DNA of 61,468 nucleotides, counting the filler, from Circinaria calcarea (lineage: Eukaryota): assembly GCA_051942165.1 (NCBI GenBank). It is 8 parts of 8 records of this genome, joined end to end, with 100 filler letters (N's around TTAATTAATTAA, not from the genome) between each part and the next. Parts side by side here need not be neighbours in the genome. Positions count along the whole stretch, not along the records: positions 7,721 to 15,329 come from JAVECS010001283.1; positions 15,430 to 23,036 come from JAVECS010001284.1; 6 more parts are not named here. One strand, written 5' to 3'. A model generated the notes under the pieces. That model had not been told where the DNA came from, did not search any database, and worked only from the letters and a program-made list of their open reading frames with translations. This document shows, in pieces, positions 12,681 through 23,136 of the stretch; position 1 is the first letter of the stretch; every line of letters begins with the position of its first letter. The position numbers and the translations under genes were made by a program.

Positions 12681-14534
12681 CCCAAAACTGTGTGAGATAA
12701 AAGATAGTAATAAGGATGGAAAAGGGAGCAAAATACAGGTAATGAATTTGTCTTTCGAGTTATCCACCTTATGGTTTCAACGGTTAACAGTTAAGCAGAA
12801 AAGAAACCGAGGTCCTACATATACCTTTAAAAAAAACCGTCGAGCTGCATAGTATTGGGAGCTATCTTAATGATTGGCTGTACCGGCACCAATAGTAAAA
12901 TCCCGTGCTTTATAAAGGTAAATATACAACAGCGAAAATATCGCTAGCAGATATAAACTGTATATAAACCGGCTATAATAGCGTTCGGGGGGCTCTTGAG
13001 CTAGAGTGTGAAAAGGGGAAATACTTGCAACAATTGAAAATGATAATGAAATAAGCGCCTAAACACCAGAGACTAGCATGATTTCATAGATTCCTGTAAA
13101 GTGAAAAATTGAAGGGCTAGGAAATACAACTCCGTTACCGCTGTCACAGCTGTTCTATAACCTCAACAGTCCTGACTAGGCACTCTGCCTGAGGTCGTCG
13201 ACACGCATTGTATTAGTGCTCTTGGTTTTGACCATATAGCGCTAAGGCGCATTGAAACCAGATCGCAGAGTTGGCCATGGTGAGTACCCGGCTGATGCCT
13301 AAAATTTGCCATCGATTATGCTCTTGTCAGAGATGAACCACCATCGGGGCGGATTAGAGTAGAGACAGTGAATTTGTGTTCTGTAATGATGCGTGTCCTG
13401 CAAGCCTTGCCGATGATGCCAACGCTATCATGTATCAAGAGAGCAGCGAGCTGCTTAGCTTTTGCCGCAGTTTTCTTTTTATGCAACTGCTTGAATGTTC
13501 TGCCGTCGGGCCGTACCCGTATTCCGCATTAGAGACAGAGTACGGTACATTTCCTGTCTTGTTGTTTCTCTCCTCCGGGACGAATCTGCAAACAACATAT
13601 CTAACAGAACCAACTACACCTTCTCGAGTCATAGTTGCTTGAGATCGTCGCTGCCTGTGGAAGATGGCGCTGTTCTGTTGGAACTCTCTGCGTTGCCAGC
13701 GTCGACGATCAAGTCCCTTTGAACCCTGTCGCCATGTATAGCACCTGAGGCATTGCTATGATTACAGCACCGCCAATAGAAGACAGCTCTTTGACGGTCA
13801 TGTCTGCCAAATGCGTATGTAGCCTCGATTCAGCCGCTTCAAAAACTGGGACTGCAGTGCACAGACTTGGTATTTTGTACTTTCCCCTCACCGGAGGATG
13901 ATCAGGAGATCACATCATGCATGGGAAAGTCATTGACGGATTCGATGGGGTATGGCCGACGTCGGCCATCTTGCGGAACAACCTCAGTGTTCTTCCAAAT
14001 GGTATCCTGACGATAGTAGACTGGCCGGGTATATCTCGAGGTTCAATATACGGTTGAAGGGCCGGCATTCCGTAATCCACTTTAAACCTGTAAGATAGAT
14101 AGATGACAGAGCAAATAAGGCGATCTAACATGCGGGGACGAACCAAAGCATTCCTGATCGCTTTTCGTAAGCGGCACGCTTGAGTAAGGACCTCTTGGGG
14201 TAAAAGGTCTCGATCACGATCAGACTTAGGCGCTGCGAGCTCAACTGCACTTTCCTCCAACTTGGTGAATGAAGTCATAGTTCCAAGGAGGGAGCTTATG
14301 GTAAACAGAAGCATCACGGCTAGGCAGCCAGAGAATTTGCTGGATCAGTGAAAAACTCATGAGACGGTTCTGTGAAACACGCGAGATACTTGCATCACCA
14401 ATATGCTTAGACTGCTTTATCTTTGTAAATCCCTTTAATCATATCTCGAAGATCTCAGTAGCTGCATTACCACGACGTATATATTCTACTGCAATATATT
14501 TTTCCACCAACGTCGAGCACGCGCCATTTTCCCT

Positions 14535-15329
14535 TTACTCCACCGGGTAAGCCTTGGCAATCCTCGTGCCCACCTTATAATGGGTACCCAACTGAGCAGT
14601 CAAGCTCACATTGCTCTTCATTTCGAAAAGCAACACGATTTCTGACCCGCCAAACTGGAAGTACGAAATTTCCTCCCCCTCTCGGAGCGTCATACCCACT
14701 TCGGCAGTGAGAATGACTGACGACACCTGCCCCATTCCCATCGGCAACACCGCAACGAGCCCGATCGCCGTCTCCAAAACCACAAGACCACGTTCCTGTG
14801 TAAACTGGTAGCCGACCGTGTCCGGTGCGTCAAACTGCCTCATGGCACCGTCCATGCTCCGGGCCGCCACGAGCTTCTTGCTGGCGCCGTCTTCTCGGGG
14901 CGGACCGTCCACAATGTTGATTTCCAAGTACACATCACCTGGAACGACACGAGCTTCGAGGATCTTACCCCTGACCGGCGCGTACTGTCGATGGTAGTCC
15001 TCTGGGCCGAGGAAGGCGTGCATAAAAATGTCACCATTGAAATTGTGCTGGTAAGGGCTACCGTGGAGTAACTCGGCGATTCTCCAGTGCATGTTTTTGA
15101 TCGTCACGCCCGAGTCTGAGCGGACCTCGCATTGCCCCGCTTTATGTCGAGTCCGCGGGGCTCACAATGACCGTGGGGTCGGTGATGGCCGCAATGGGCC
15201 TGTACCCTGGTTTGAAGGAGCGAGCGAAGAAATCGTTGAATGTACGCCAGCCACCGCGTGGTACAATGTATTCCTTCATGTTGTAATTGGGCGAATCGCG
15301 GAAGCTCTCCAGGGTTTCTGGTGTGAGGG
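14535..15329 (-). pseudogene. Phosphatidylserine decarboxylase-family (pyruvoyl-dependent) gene, 5' part cut off by the contig end, with a frameshift
   Basis: Motifs GGWRTFNDFFARSFKPGYRPI, VIVSPADS, FLGPEDYHRQYAP and YFQFGGSEIVLLFE (GGS autocleavage site). A +1 frameshift with an immediate TAA lies at about 15142-15145. Confidence 0.8.
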
Positions 15330-15429
15330 NNNNNNNNNNNNNNNNNNNNNNNNNNNNNNNNNNNNNNNNNNNNTTAATTAATTAANNNNNNNNNNNNNNN
15401 NNNNNNNNNNNNNNNNNNNNNNNNNNNNN
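15330..15429. other. Artificial contig-joining spacer
   Basis: N44-TTAATTAATTAA-N44. Confidence 0.99.
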
Positions 15430-15498
15430 ATATAATAATATATATAGCATTTATTATGAAGCGTTAGTAAGTAAAACGCCGCATGTATGTTTTAGTTT

Positions 15499-16660
15499 CT
15501 ATATATTTGTTATTGTGCTTGCGTTAAACTCTATAAAAGAGATAAGCCTGGATGACCGTTTTAGAACCACGTTCGAGCCGTGCACTGCAACACTACGTGT
15601 ACGATACTCCGAAGGTAGCCATAATATATTCTACTGCCTCCAAAGCACCCACGACTCTTTTACATATACATTTGATAACTACATTGGAACATGCTGAGGG
15701 TCTTCCTTGGGAAGGTACCTGCTTAATAGCACGCCTCTATTAGTCTGTAGGTAGGATCCGTCGGGCGAGAAGGAGAGTTTGTTGATGTATCCGTCAGCAT
15801 GAACTGTATCTAGCAGTGCTCCTGTCACCGCGTCCCACAGCTTAACTGTGTTGTCTTCAGATCTAGACGCCACCGTGTGTCCGTCCGGCGAGAATGCCAC
15901 TGCGTTGACAAACTCTGAATGGCCCTCGAGCGTGCTGTGCAGTGCTCCTGTCGCTGCGTCCCACAGCTTGACTGTGTTGTTTTTAGATCCAGACGCCACC
16001 ATGTGTCCGTCCGGCGAGAATGCCACTGCCCTGACCCAGTCTAAATGGCCCTCGAGCGTCTGCAAGCAGGCACTCCACTCTTGCTCGACCGCCGGCAGTT
16101 GAGATATCTACCCTGGAAGATGCTCGGAAAACAACTGTCGCATAATGCTTCTTTGCGGCGCGAATACCAACGCCGACCTGTATATCTGCAGTGGGGCTTG
16201 CTCGATAGTGAAGCGGCTGTATAAAATAAATCTTGTCGCATCCAGCAATAGTGCGCGCAGATCGCGGGACTGATCCTACAAGTTTTACACCTTGTTAGTC
16301 TCCTGGTAGGACAAAGGCGCTCTCGACTTACCTCGGAAGCTGTCCGTAGAGTGCTGAGCATATGCACGCCATCCGATAGCCTCTCTATAAGGCTAAGCGC
16401 CTCGAGCCAGAAGAGTAGCTTCTTTTGCAAGAAGGAATATACCAGCCTGCCCTCCTCCTCATGATGGAATTTGCCCTCCTTAACATGATCCACCCAGTGG
16501 CAGCATGCGTACTGTAAGTGGCGTGGAAGGGAGCACTGGAATGTCTCGCTGTCGATCTCACTAACGAGCATGCCCGGTCGACCAATACTGCACATATCTT
16601 TCTTCAGTAGTCGTGACATAGAGCCGAGCAGTCGTTGCGCTAGCTGACCATGCGAAGTTA
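15499..16660 (-). pseudogene. C-terminal remnant of a NACHT-WD40 (HET-E/NWD-type) NLR gene
   Basis: Motifs LQYACCHWVDH, LLFWLEALSLI, IEQAPLQIYRSALVFAP, two LEGH..V.AVAFSPDG..VAS.S..NTVKLWDA.TG WD repeats, and NILWLPSEYR. Nonsense codons include TAG at 16108-16110 (expected TGG) and at 15679-15681. No NACHT domain is visible upstream. Confidence 0.85.
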
Positions 16661-17241
16661 AGACCCCCAGTTTAGAGTCATTGATCTGACACCAAGATAA
16701 AAGCGACCACTGATATACAATTGTAACACAATTACAGAAACAGCTGCCGAAACGTCGTTCTGGCACCAAGAGCCTTACACATAAATCACAAAATTTCTCA
16801 ATTATTAAGGGTGGAAGCAGGCGAGAAACCACTGTTCTCCAGTAAGGGTTTAAAGCGTTGCTGGTGTTTTCAAACCATAATAGGTTGGGTTAAACTTAAG
16901 TTTTATAGCTGCATTACTACGGCTGGGTATCTTAAGAATAAATCAATCATACAGCCCCTGAGCGCACAGGCGCGGGCGCCTTATATCGCGTTGTACGCAA
17001 TTTTGCTTATACACTTATACGCTCGTTCCCCCATTAATTACAGAAGATAAAGCAATTAGACAGTTATTTCATCACCCCCAATTGTTTTCAATCATCACCA
17101 AATAAGCGCTACAACTTTCAGAATTCGACAAACCGCAATGATTCTACTATTGCGATAGGCTGAACGTAAAAGTGACGACCCCACGCTTCTCCCTCCTGCC
17201 CACAGATTGCCACTGCCACCCCAGTTTCCCAGCCTAGCTCT

Positions 17242-19602
17242 TTAGTCCTTAGACCTGCAAGCCTTCCGAAGAAGATTGTAAATATCGCGTTGCTCGGGCC
17301 GTTGCCCACTAGATACCATACGATGTTTTGCCATTTCTAAAGCCGTCCAGGAGAGCTTCTCGTCAGGCCAACACCCCTCGTCGCAGTCCCAGCACCAAAA
17401 ATCCGAACACCATTCACGCACAAATTGAGTCCAATATGGTGCTTTTGAGAGTTTCTTGTCGTCAACTCGCCAGATCGCTTCAATGTCAAGATTATGATTC
17501 GAGATCAAAAGTTCGACCATAATTTTGTTCTCGCGGGCAACTGCGATGTGGATCAGACTAAGACCGTCAGGAAATGCCACATTGACGTTGACTTCAGGAC
17601 GAGCTAGCATCGCCTCGCAGATCTCATGTGTTCCGAATGCCGCCGCCGCTCCGAGGAGAGAAATACCACAACTGTCTTGCCAGTTCACGTTGATGTCTTT
17701 GTCTTCAAGATAATCAAGTACATCAAGTATATAAAAAGGATGAAATTCATAATTGTCCTCTTTCGACCTTTGGCACAGAGTTCGGTAGAGTATCGCGTGT
17801 TTCAGCTGCGTCGGCTCAACGCCGATAATTTCTGCAGCCAATTGCTCGCCTTTGCGCCAGGCCTCGCTTTCATAATCTTCCAAGTGAGCGTTACCAATCG
17901 TTTTTGTGTCTCTAGACCAACCATAATCTCCATTAAACAAGCTTCGAATATCCCTATTTTCAAATTGAGTGAAGGTTATTACAGCACATAGCCATAGCGC
18001 CCTTTGATTCCAGACGCTACCATTCGGCTTTCTGTAATACGAACAGAGACGTGCGACGATGCTAATGATCTGATCGAGTTTCGTATTATTCTGGCAAGTC
18101 GTCGCGATTCAATTGTGGACGTGCCATATAGTACTAACAGTCTCTGTATAGAGATCTTCCTCTTCGTCGTCCAACCAGTCACCCAAAATCTCGAGAACGT
18201 TGCTAAGCATTTCATACCATCTGGTCGCACATTCTACAACGCAAGATCTGTTTAATGACAATTCTTCTTCCAGCGGTGCTTCGTCCGAAAGCAAGGAGAC
18301 TGTGGTTCCAGCGGGCCTGATATTCTTTAACCTCGACTTAAGAATATAATTGCTGGTGTAAAGATTTATCTGAATGTCTTCGATACCCATCTTGGTCAAT
18401 AAGAAAATAGCGATGAACCGGAACAATAACGGTGTGGATTTTCCAGATATTCTCGAAATAGAACTGTACTGAGATCGAGAACGAAGGCTCATCATGGAGA
18501 ACGATTCTCGTACGTGAGTTATCGCTTGTTTCTGCTCCTGAGTTTTGATAAAACCGGCCATTTTGTTCTTCAGATCATGTGGTGAGCGGATATTGCAGTA
18601 TTCGAAGAAAATCGCGATGGTATTAATACTAGGTTGTTTGTCGCCGAACTCCTTTAGCAAGAGTCTATGTTTTGGCTGTAGTGCGTTGATGATTGCCTGC
18701 CAGAAGTGGTTTGGTTCGTCGAATTTGAACAATTCGCAATCACGCTTGATGCGTTGTTCGCGTAATTTAAATAAATGATCTTGCATGATCTCGCACGACG
18801 CAATGGTACCCTTGATTGCATCGAGCACTCGAAGTTCGTCCCCTGACGGATATCCTAAAATGTGTTTGTAGTCAAGATCGTGCCGAATTTCTGCCCAAGC
18901 GTCCATCAACACTGTGCGAACCTGGATTTCGATCGCCTCATCATCATAATTCGGAATCTTCTCCGATACTTTAGGATGCGTCTTCTTCAATCGGATCCAG
19001 TAATGATCCGCTTCGTAGTATCCCATCCGCTCCATATATGGACGGGTCTCTGGATCCCTCATGATGTATTCGCGCTCTCGAAAAGGTTTCGCCGGCAAAT
19101 ATTCGGTCGGCCTAGGCTCTGTATCCTTATCCTCGTCCTCAGGGGTGTATGGAATTATTTCAAAATGCTCGTTCTGCTCTATAAAGTTCTTCACTTGCAG
19201 CAGTTGGCAGGGGAAGTACAAGCAGATCCGGGTAGCAGCAATGTCCCATCGCATTTCTCGAATGGAATCCAGAGTCTGACATTTTTTCGATTTCTGCATT
19301 CTCTCAATCTTTCCCTGCAACGATCCATTCTCCTTGACTCGGGATGAGTACGTTGCGTCGACGACTGGATCTTGCTCCTTCAAGCGCTTCAGTTCTTCTA
19401 GGACGAACGTGGCTAAAACACGCCAAAGAATCTCGCCTTTCTTCTTCACACCGTTTTCCTCGAATTCTACACGCTTGTTAAGAACTTCTTGAATAAACTC
19501 CAATTTTGCTTGCTCAGCCGTGTTCGAAGCAGTGCCTTGTTGCTCTACTGTGGTTTCTACGTCTTGTTGCTCAGCTGTATTTTCCGGTGATTGTTGCTCC
19601 AT
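17242..19602 (-). CDS. RelA/SpoT (small alarmone synthetase-like) nucleotidyltransferase domain fused to C-terminal ankyrin-like repeats, about 770 aa, with one 48-nt intron (18091-18138)
   Basis: Synthetase motifs in order: SRVKENGSLQGKI, WDIAATRI, GYYEADHYWI, EIQVRTVLMDAWAEIRHDLDYK. The two track ORFs are in the same frame and are joined by GTTAGT...CAG, which removes the only stop. Exon 2 has INVNWQDSCGISLLGAAAAFG and VNVAFPDGLSLIHIAVARENKIMVELLI. First ATG is 19602 (19620 is TTG). Confidence 0.85.
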
Positions 19603-20195
19603 TCTGTGAGTTGTAGCCAAGGCAGCGAAATTGTGGAGGGGAGATCAAAGATGCCGACCCAACCGGGCATAACTGATTTTTACGCTCAATGGACTTGGGC
19701 ACAGCCCTGCGGCTTGCATAAGCTGAGACCGTTAAGTGCCGACGCTGAGATGACGGAAAAATACGGCGCGATTTCTACTTTTTGGTTCCATTTCACTTTA
19801 TACACTTTGGCGGATAGTCTGATTCTCTACAGAGTGTGTAGAATATGGGGCCGCGGACACTTGCAATCCTGTCCTAGTTCGACCTTTCCATAAAGTTTTG
19901 ATTAATTATTCCCCGCAAGCTCTTGCTAGGCTGTGAGTTGAAAAAAACCCCGCAAGCCCCCTCATTTGTCCAATTATCGGAGCGCCGATCATCTATTAAT
20001 AAATGCTCACTTCAGCGGATGCCACCTAGCTAAATTTAATTTACTTGACTACAACCTCAGATAATCCATGTAGCCTTATCCCTCTCACGTTGTCAGCACA
20101 TCACTCCCTGAACTTTTCTCATTTTGATCGAGGAAAGCTCTCGAAAATCAAGATTGGCACATTGTCTAGCTGACTAAGCTACGAGATGCTTGAAG

Positions 20196-21703
20196 ATGTA
20201 TTCCAGCCGAGTTCAAGCCCAGAAACAGCGCAATTCTTGTCTTTCAGACCTGTACGAATATCTCCAGCAGCCTCGTCCAGCCCGAGACCACTCTCGCATT
20301 ATGTGTTTAGATATTTTCGAGCACCCGAGGCCTCCTATAAAGCGCAGTATAACCGTAAATGATCTCTCTAGCGAATTGCGAAAAGTAAAGCAGCAAGGGC
20401 ATTCACTCGAGCCTGATCGCAATGGTCGAATTCTGCTTATTGAAGATATTTCGAAGCAAACAGTCGAAGAGCTTGGCAGCTTTTTCGATATCGACCCTTG
20501 GTTCTTTACTTTTTATGTACACCAAACATGGTGTAAAACCAGCACTCATAGTCTCACAACCTGCTCACTACCGTCGCGCGATAGGAAGTAGAGCGTTTTG
20601 CTGTTGTAATATCACCGAACCGTGGTTTTCTAACTAAAAGATACAAGACTGAGATCGTTAACTCGCAATTGCAATCACCAACGCAAGGCGGTTATTCTGC
20701 CCGCGATAGGAGGGGATCAAGTTGGCTTAATATAACACTACTGTTCGGTTCTGCTCGTGAATTGTCCGGGGCAGGAATGGACCGGTACATCGTTCTGTCT
20801 CGATTATAAAGCTGCCTTTAAGTATGCACAGGTATTGTACTCGTTGATCCGTTAATATCAAATAACTACGTTCCATCGAAACGACACGGATCTTTACCAC
20901 CAAATCTTGAATTATCGCCTTTGCTTGGCGGCTGCGAAGACTTCTCCGATTCCCCAACAACAGAAGCCGAGAGATAGACACCCCCACTTATTTTAAACCG
21001 CGGTATGCTCGACGAATTGGTTCATTTCTGGACGCGTTAAACTCCACCAATGTTCACAGCCTTAACCCCAACCCTCCAAGCCCTCTTTTACTACCCACTC
21101 AAGATCGTAGCCGCAGAATGGGTGAATTATATCTTCGTCCTAGGAATGAGTCTGCGTGAATACGAACTCTCGATATCCCTTACCGGCGACTTGATCGCTG
21201 AACTCGAGAAACTGAATATCAATTTTCGTATCCTACAAGAATGGCGTAGGCGAATCCTTTCAACCTAAGCTAAAATACGGCGCATTATCCGCTTCGTGAA
21301 GAATCACCGTGATTCTGAGAAGCCGAGCGAGGACTGGGACGCGCTTGGAGAGGATTATGAGTTCATATATACTGAGGTGTCTGAGCACGGCGAGCGACTG
21401 GAGGCTATGGTTCCTCTCATCACGTTAGCTGCTGCACTGATTGAGAGTCGGCGGTCGTTGACTGAGACAGCCAATGTGACGCGTTTGACTATCTTGGCTC
21501 TTATTTTCATCCCCTTCAGCTATATTGCTTCACTGTTCAGTATGGCGGAAGACTTTGGGCCTAGGGGATCGCTGTTCTGGGTGTATTTTGCTACGGCGAT
21601 TCCGCTCGCTGTGGTTGTGGCGCTGTTTGCTACAATGCCTGTGAGGGCTGCGAGAAAATTGCAGGCAAGGTTCCTAGACATGAAGATGTTCAATTTTGGT
21701 TAA
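20196..21703 (+). pseudogene. Fungal CorA-like domain gene inactivated by multiple in-frame stops
   Basis: Motifs GRILLIEDISKQTVEELGSFFDIDPWFF and IESRRSLTETANVTRLTILALIFIPFSYIASLFSM...FWVYFATAIPL. At least seven TAA/TAG stops with no frameshift, e.g. 20589, 20607, 20631, 20733 and 21266. Confidence 0.85.
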
Positions 21704-21848
21704 AAATATAGGTAGCAGTGAAAACTGGCATATTAGTAAGTCGAAGACCTCAAGTATTTATAAAACCACTTAAGCGTGCTTAAGCACACACATTTCCAGT
21801 GAATATGCTCCCCTTCTCCGCATTCAGAGCAGCAGCCCCCTTTCTCTG

Positions 21849-22897
21849 TCACCAAAGTAGCACACCCGCAATCTCAGCGCAGATTGCAACAACACCCAGT
21901 GTCACCATGGCCCCGATAAAACCAGGCACCGCATTCAATATTATATTTCCACCACCTTTTACTTCCGTCGAGGCCGAGACTTCCGTATACATCTTGCAGA
22001 AATCCTCTTCGCTACCGTATATCTGGCACCACTCCTCGTACTCAGTAATCCCCCTATCCTCCATCTCCTCAACAAACTCGCTCCAGGACATCGTCGCCCT
22101 TTCGCATCCAAAAAGCGGGAACACATTCTGATCCCGGTAGTCCCATTGCGGAACAAGATCGGACGTTCAAACTCCCCACTGTCCTCCGGGAACGTCGTAG
22201 TATTCTCCTGCATGAAAAGTTCAGACGCCATCGTCGATGCGTAATCAGGCAAACCGGTAGAGTCCTTACTTATAGCCGTCAGGTTCGCAGAAGCCGAAGA
22301 AGGCGAGGAAAGAGTCGTAACTACCGGCTAGGAACGAGAACTTGGGTTTCTTGCCCTCCGATGCAACAGTCTGGTTTAGTTGGTGTAAAATGGCGCCTGC
22401 GAGCGTCTATTCACCGACGGAGCGCTCGGGTTGGCTGGCGTTGAAATTACCTGCGAATTCAGCGCTGTTGGCCAGTGTGCGCAAGTGGAACAGTTTTTTA
22501 TCCGTGAGGTTCCGCGGCACGGAGCTGTTGTGGAGGTTTGCTATATTCAGCAAATCGGAGATGTTGTACGCCTTCGCATAGGTCAGGTTCTCTAGCGTGT
22601 AGACGTATATATCTTCCAGTAGGTTCTAGAATCCGGCGTAGAAGTCTTTGGTCGACGAGAGTCTGGAGGCGTATTTCTCGCTGTAAGCGAAGGTCGAGGC
22701 GGCACTTATTAGTGCGGAGCATTCGTCGTCGCCTTTAAGTTAGATAATATCCGGGGAGTTTGCGTCGGCGCCGTGGAGGAAGACGTATTAATAGCCGTTG
22801 AGTGGATTCTGGATTATTGTGCTATTATTGAAACGCTGAGTGAAGAGATCGGTGTTATCGCTTCCTAGAAATAGGTAAAAGCCTTATAGAAAAACGG
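21849..22897 (-). pseudogene. Histidine acid phosphatase-family (C-terminally membrane-anchored) pseudogene, 5' part missing
   Basis: Read-through translation gives FL*GFY, NPLNGY*YVFLH, DII*LKGDDEC, GSYDSFLAFF, GLPDYASTM and LFRNGT, then a frameshift to FPLFG..MSWSEF..EWCQI and TM GFIGAMVTLGVVAI. Stops sit where Q or W codons are expected. Confidence 0.75.
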
Positions 22898-23036
22898 CTT
22901 CCATTACATGTACACCCCTTTAACCTACACGTACACCCCAAAAATCATAGTTGTACACCCCCCGGATTAGGTAAAAAAATAAAGTTCTTGCACTCGCGTA
23001 TATACCCACCAACACTGGTTTTCTACTTTGAAAATG
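22895..23036. mobile_element. Probable DNA-transposon terminus truncating the phosphatase gene
   Basis: Coding similarity ends abruptly and is followed by three GTACACCCC direct repeats within about 60 bp, running to the contig end. No transposase is visible. Confidence 0.35.
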
Positions 23037-23136
23037 NNNNNNNNNNNNNNNNNNNNNNNNNNNNNNNNNNNNNNNNNNNNTTAATTAATTAANNNNNNNN
23101 NNNNNNNNNNNNNNNNNNNNNNNNNNNNNNNNNNNN
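23037..23136. other. Artificial contig-joining spacer
   Basis: N44-TTAATTAATTAA-N44. Confidence 0.99.

Noticed and set aside
13376..14317. Short ORFs between the DUG1 relic and the PSD-like gene
   Set aside because: No motif I can assign. They may be degraded coding sequence.
18109..18111. Premature stop or programmed readthrough in the RSH-ankyrin gene
   Set aside because: The TGA lies inside a plausible in-frame 48-nt GTTAGT...CAG intron. Splicing is the simpler explanation, though the branch site is weak.
17242..19602. Bacterial contamination as the source of the RelA/SpoT gene
   Set aside because: The same contig carries intron-containing fungal NWD and CorA-like genes, and the gene itself appears to contain a spliceosomal intron.
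15565..19890. GTTCGA T-loop-like words near 15570 and 19877 as tRNAs
   Set aside because: No cloverleaf pairing or D-arm around them. I recognised no tRNA, rRNA or CRISPR array anywhere in the window.
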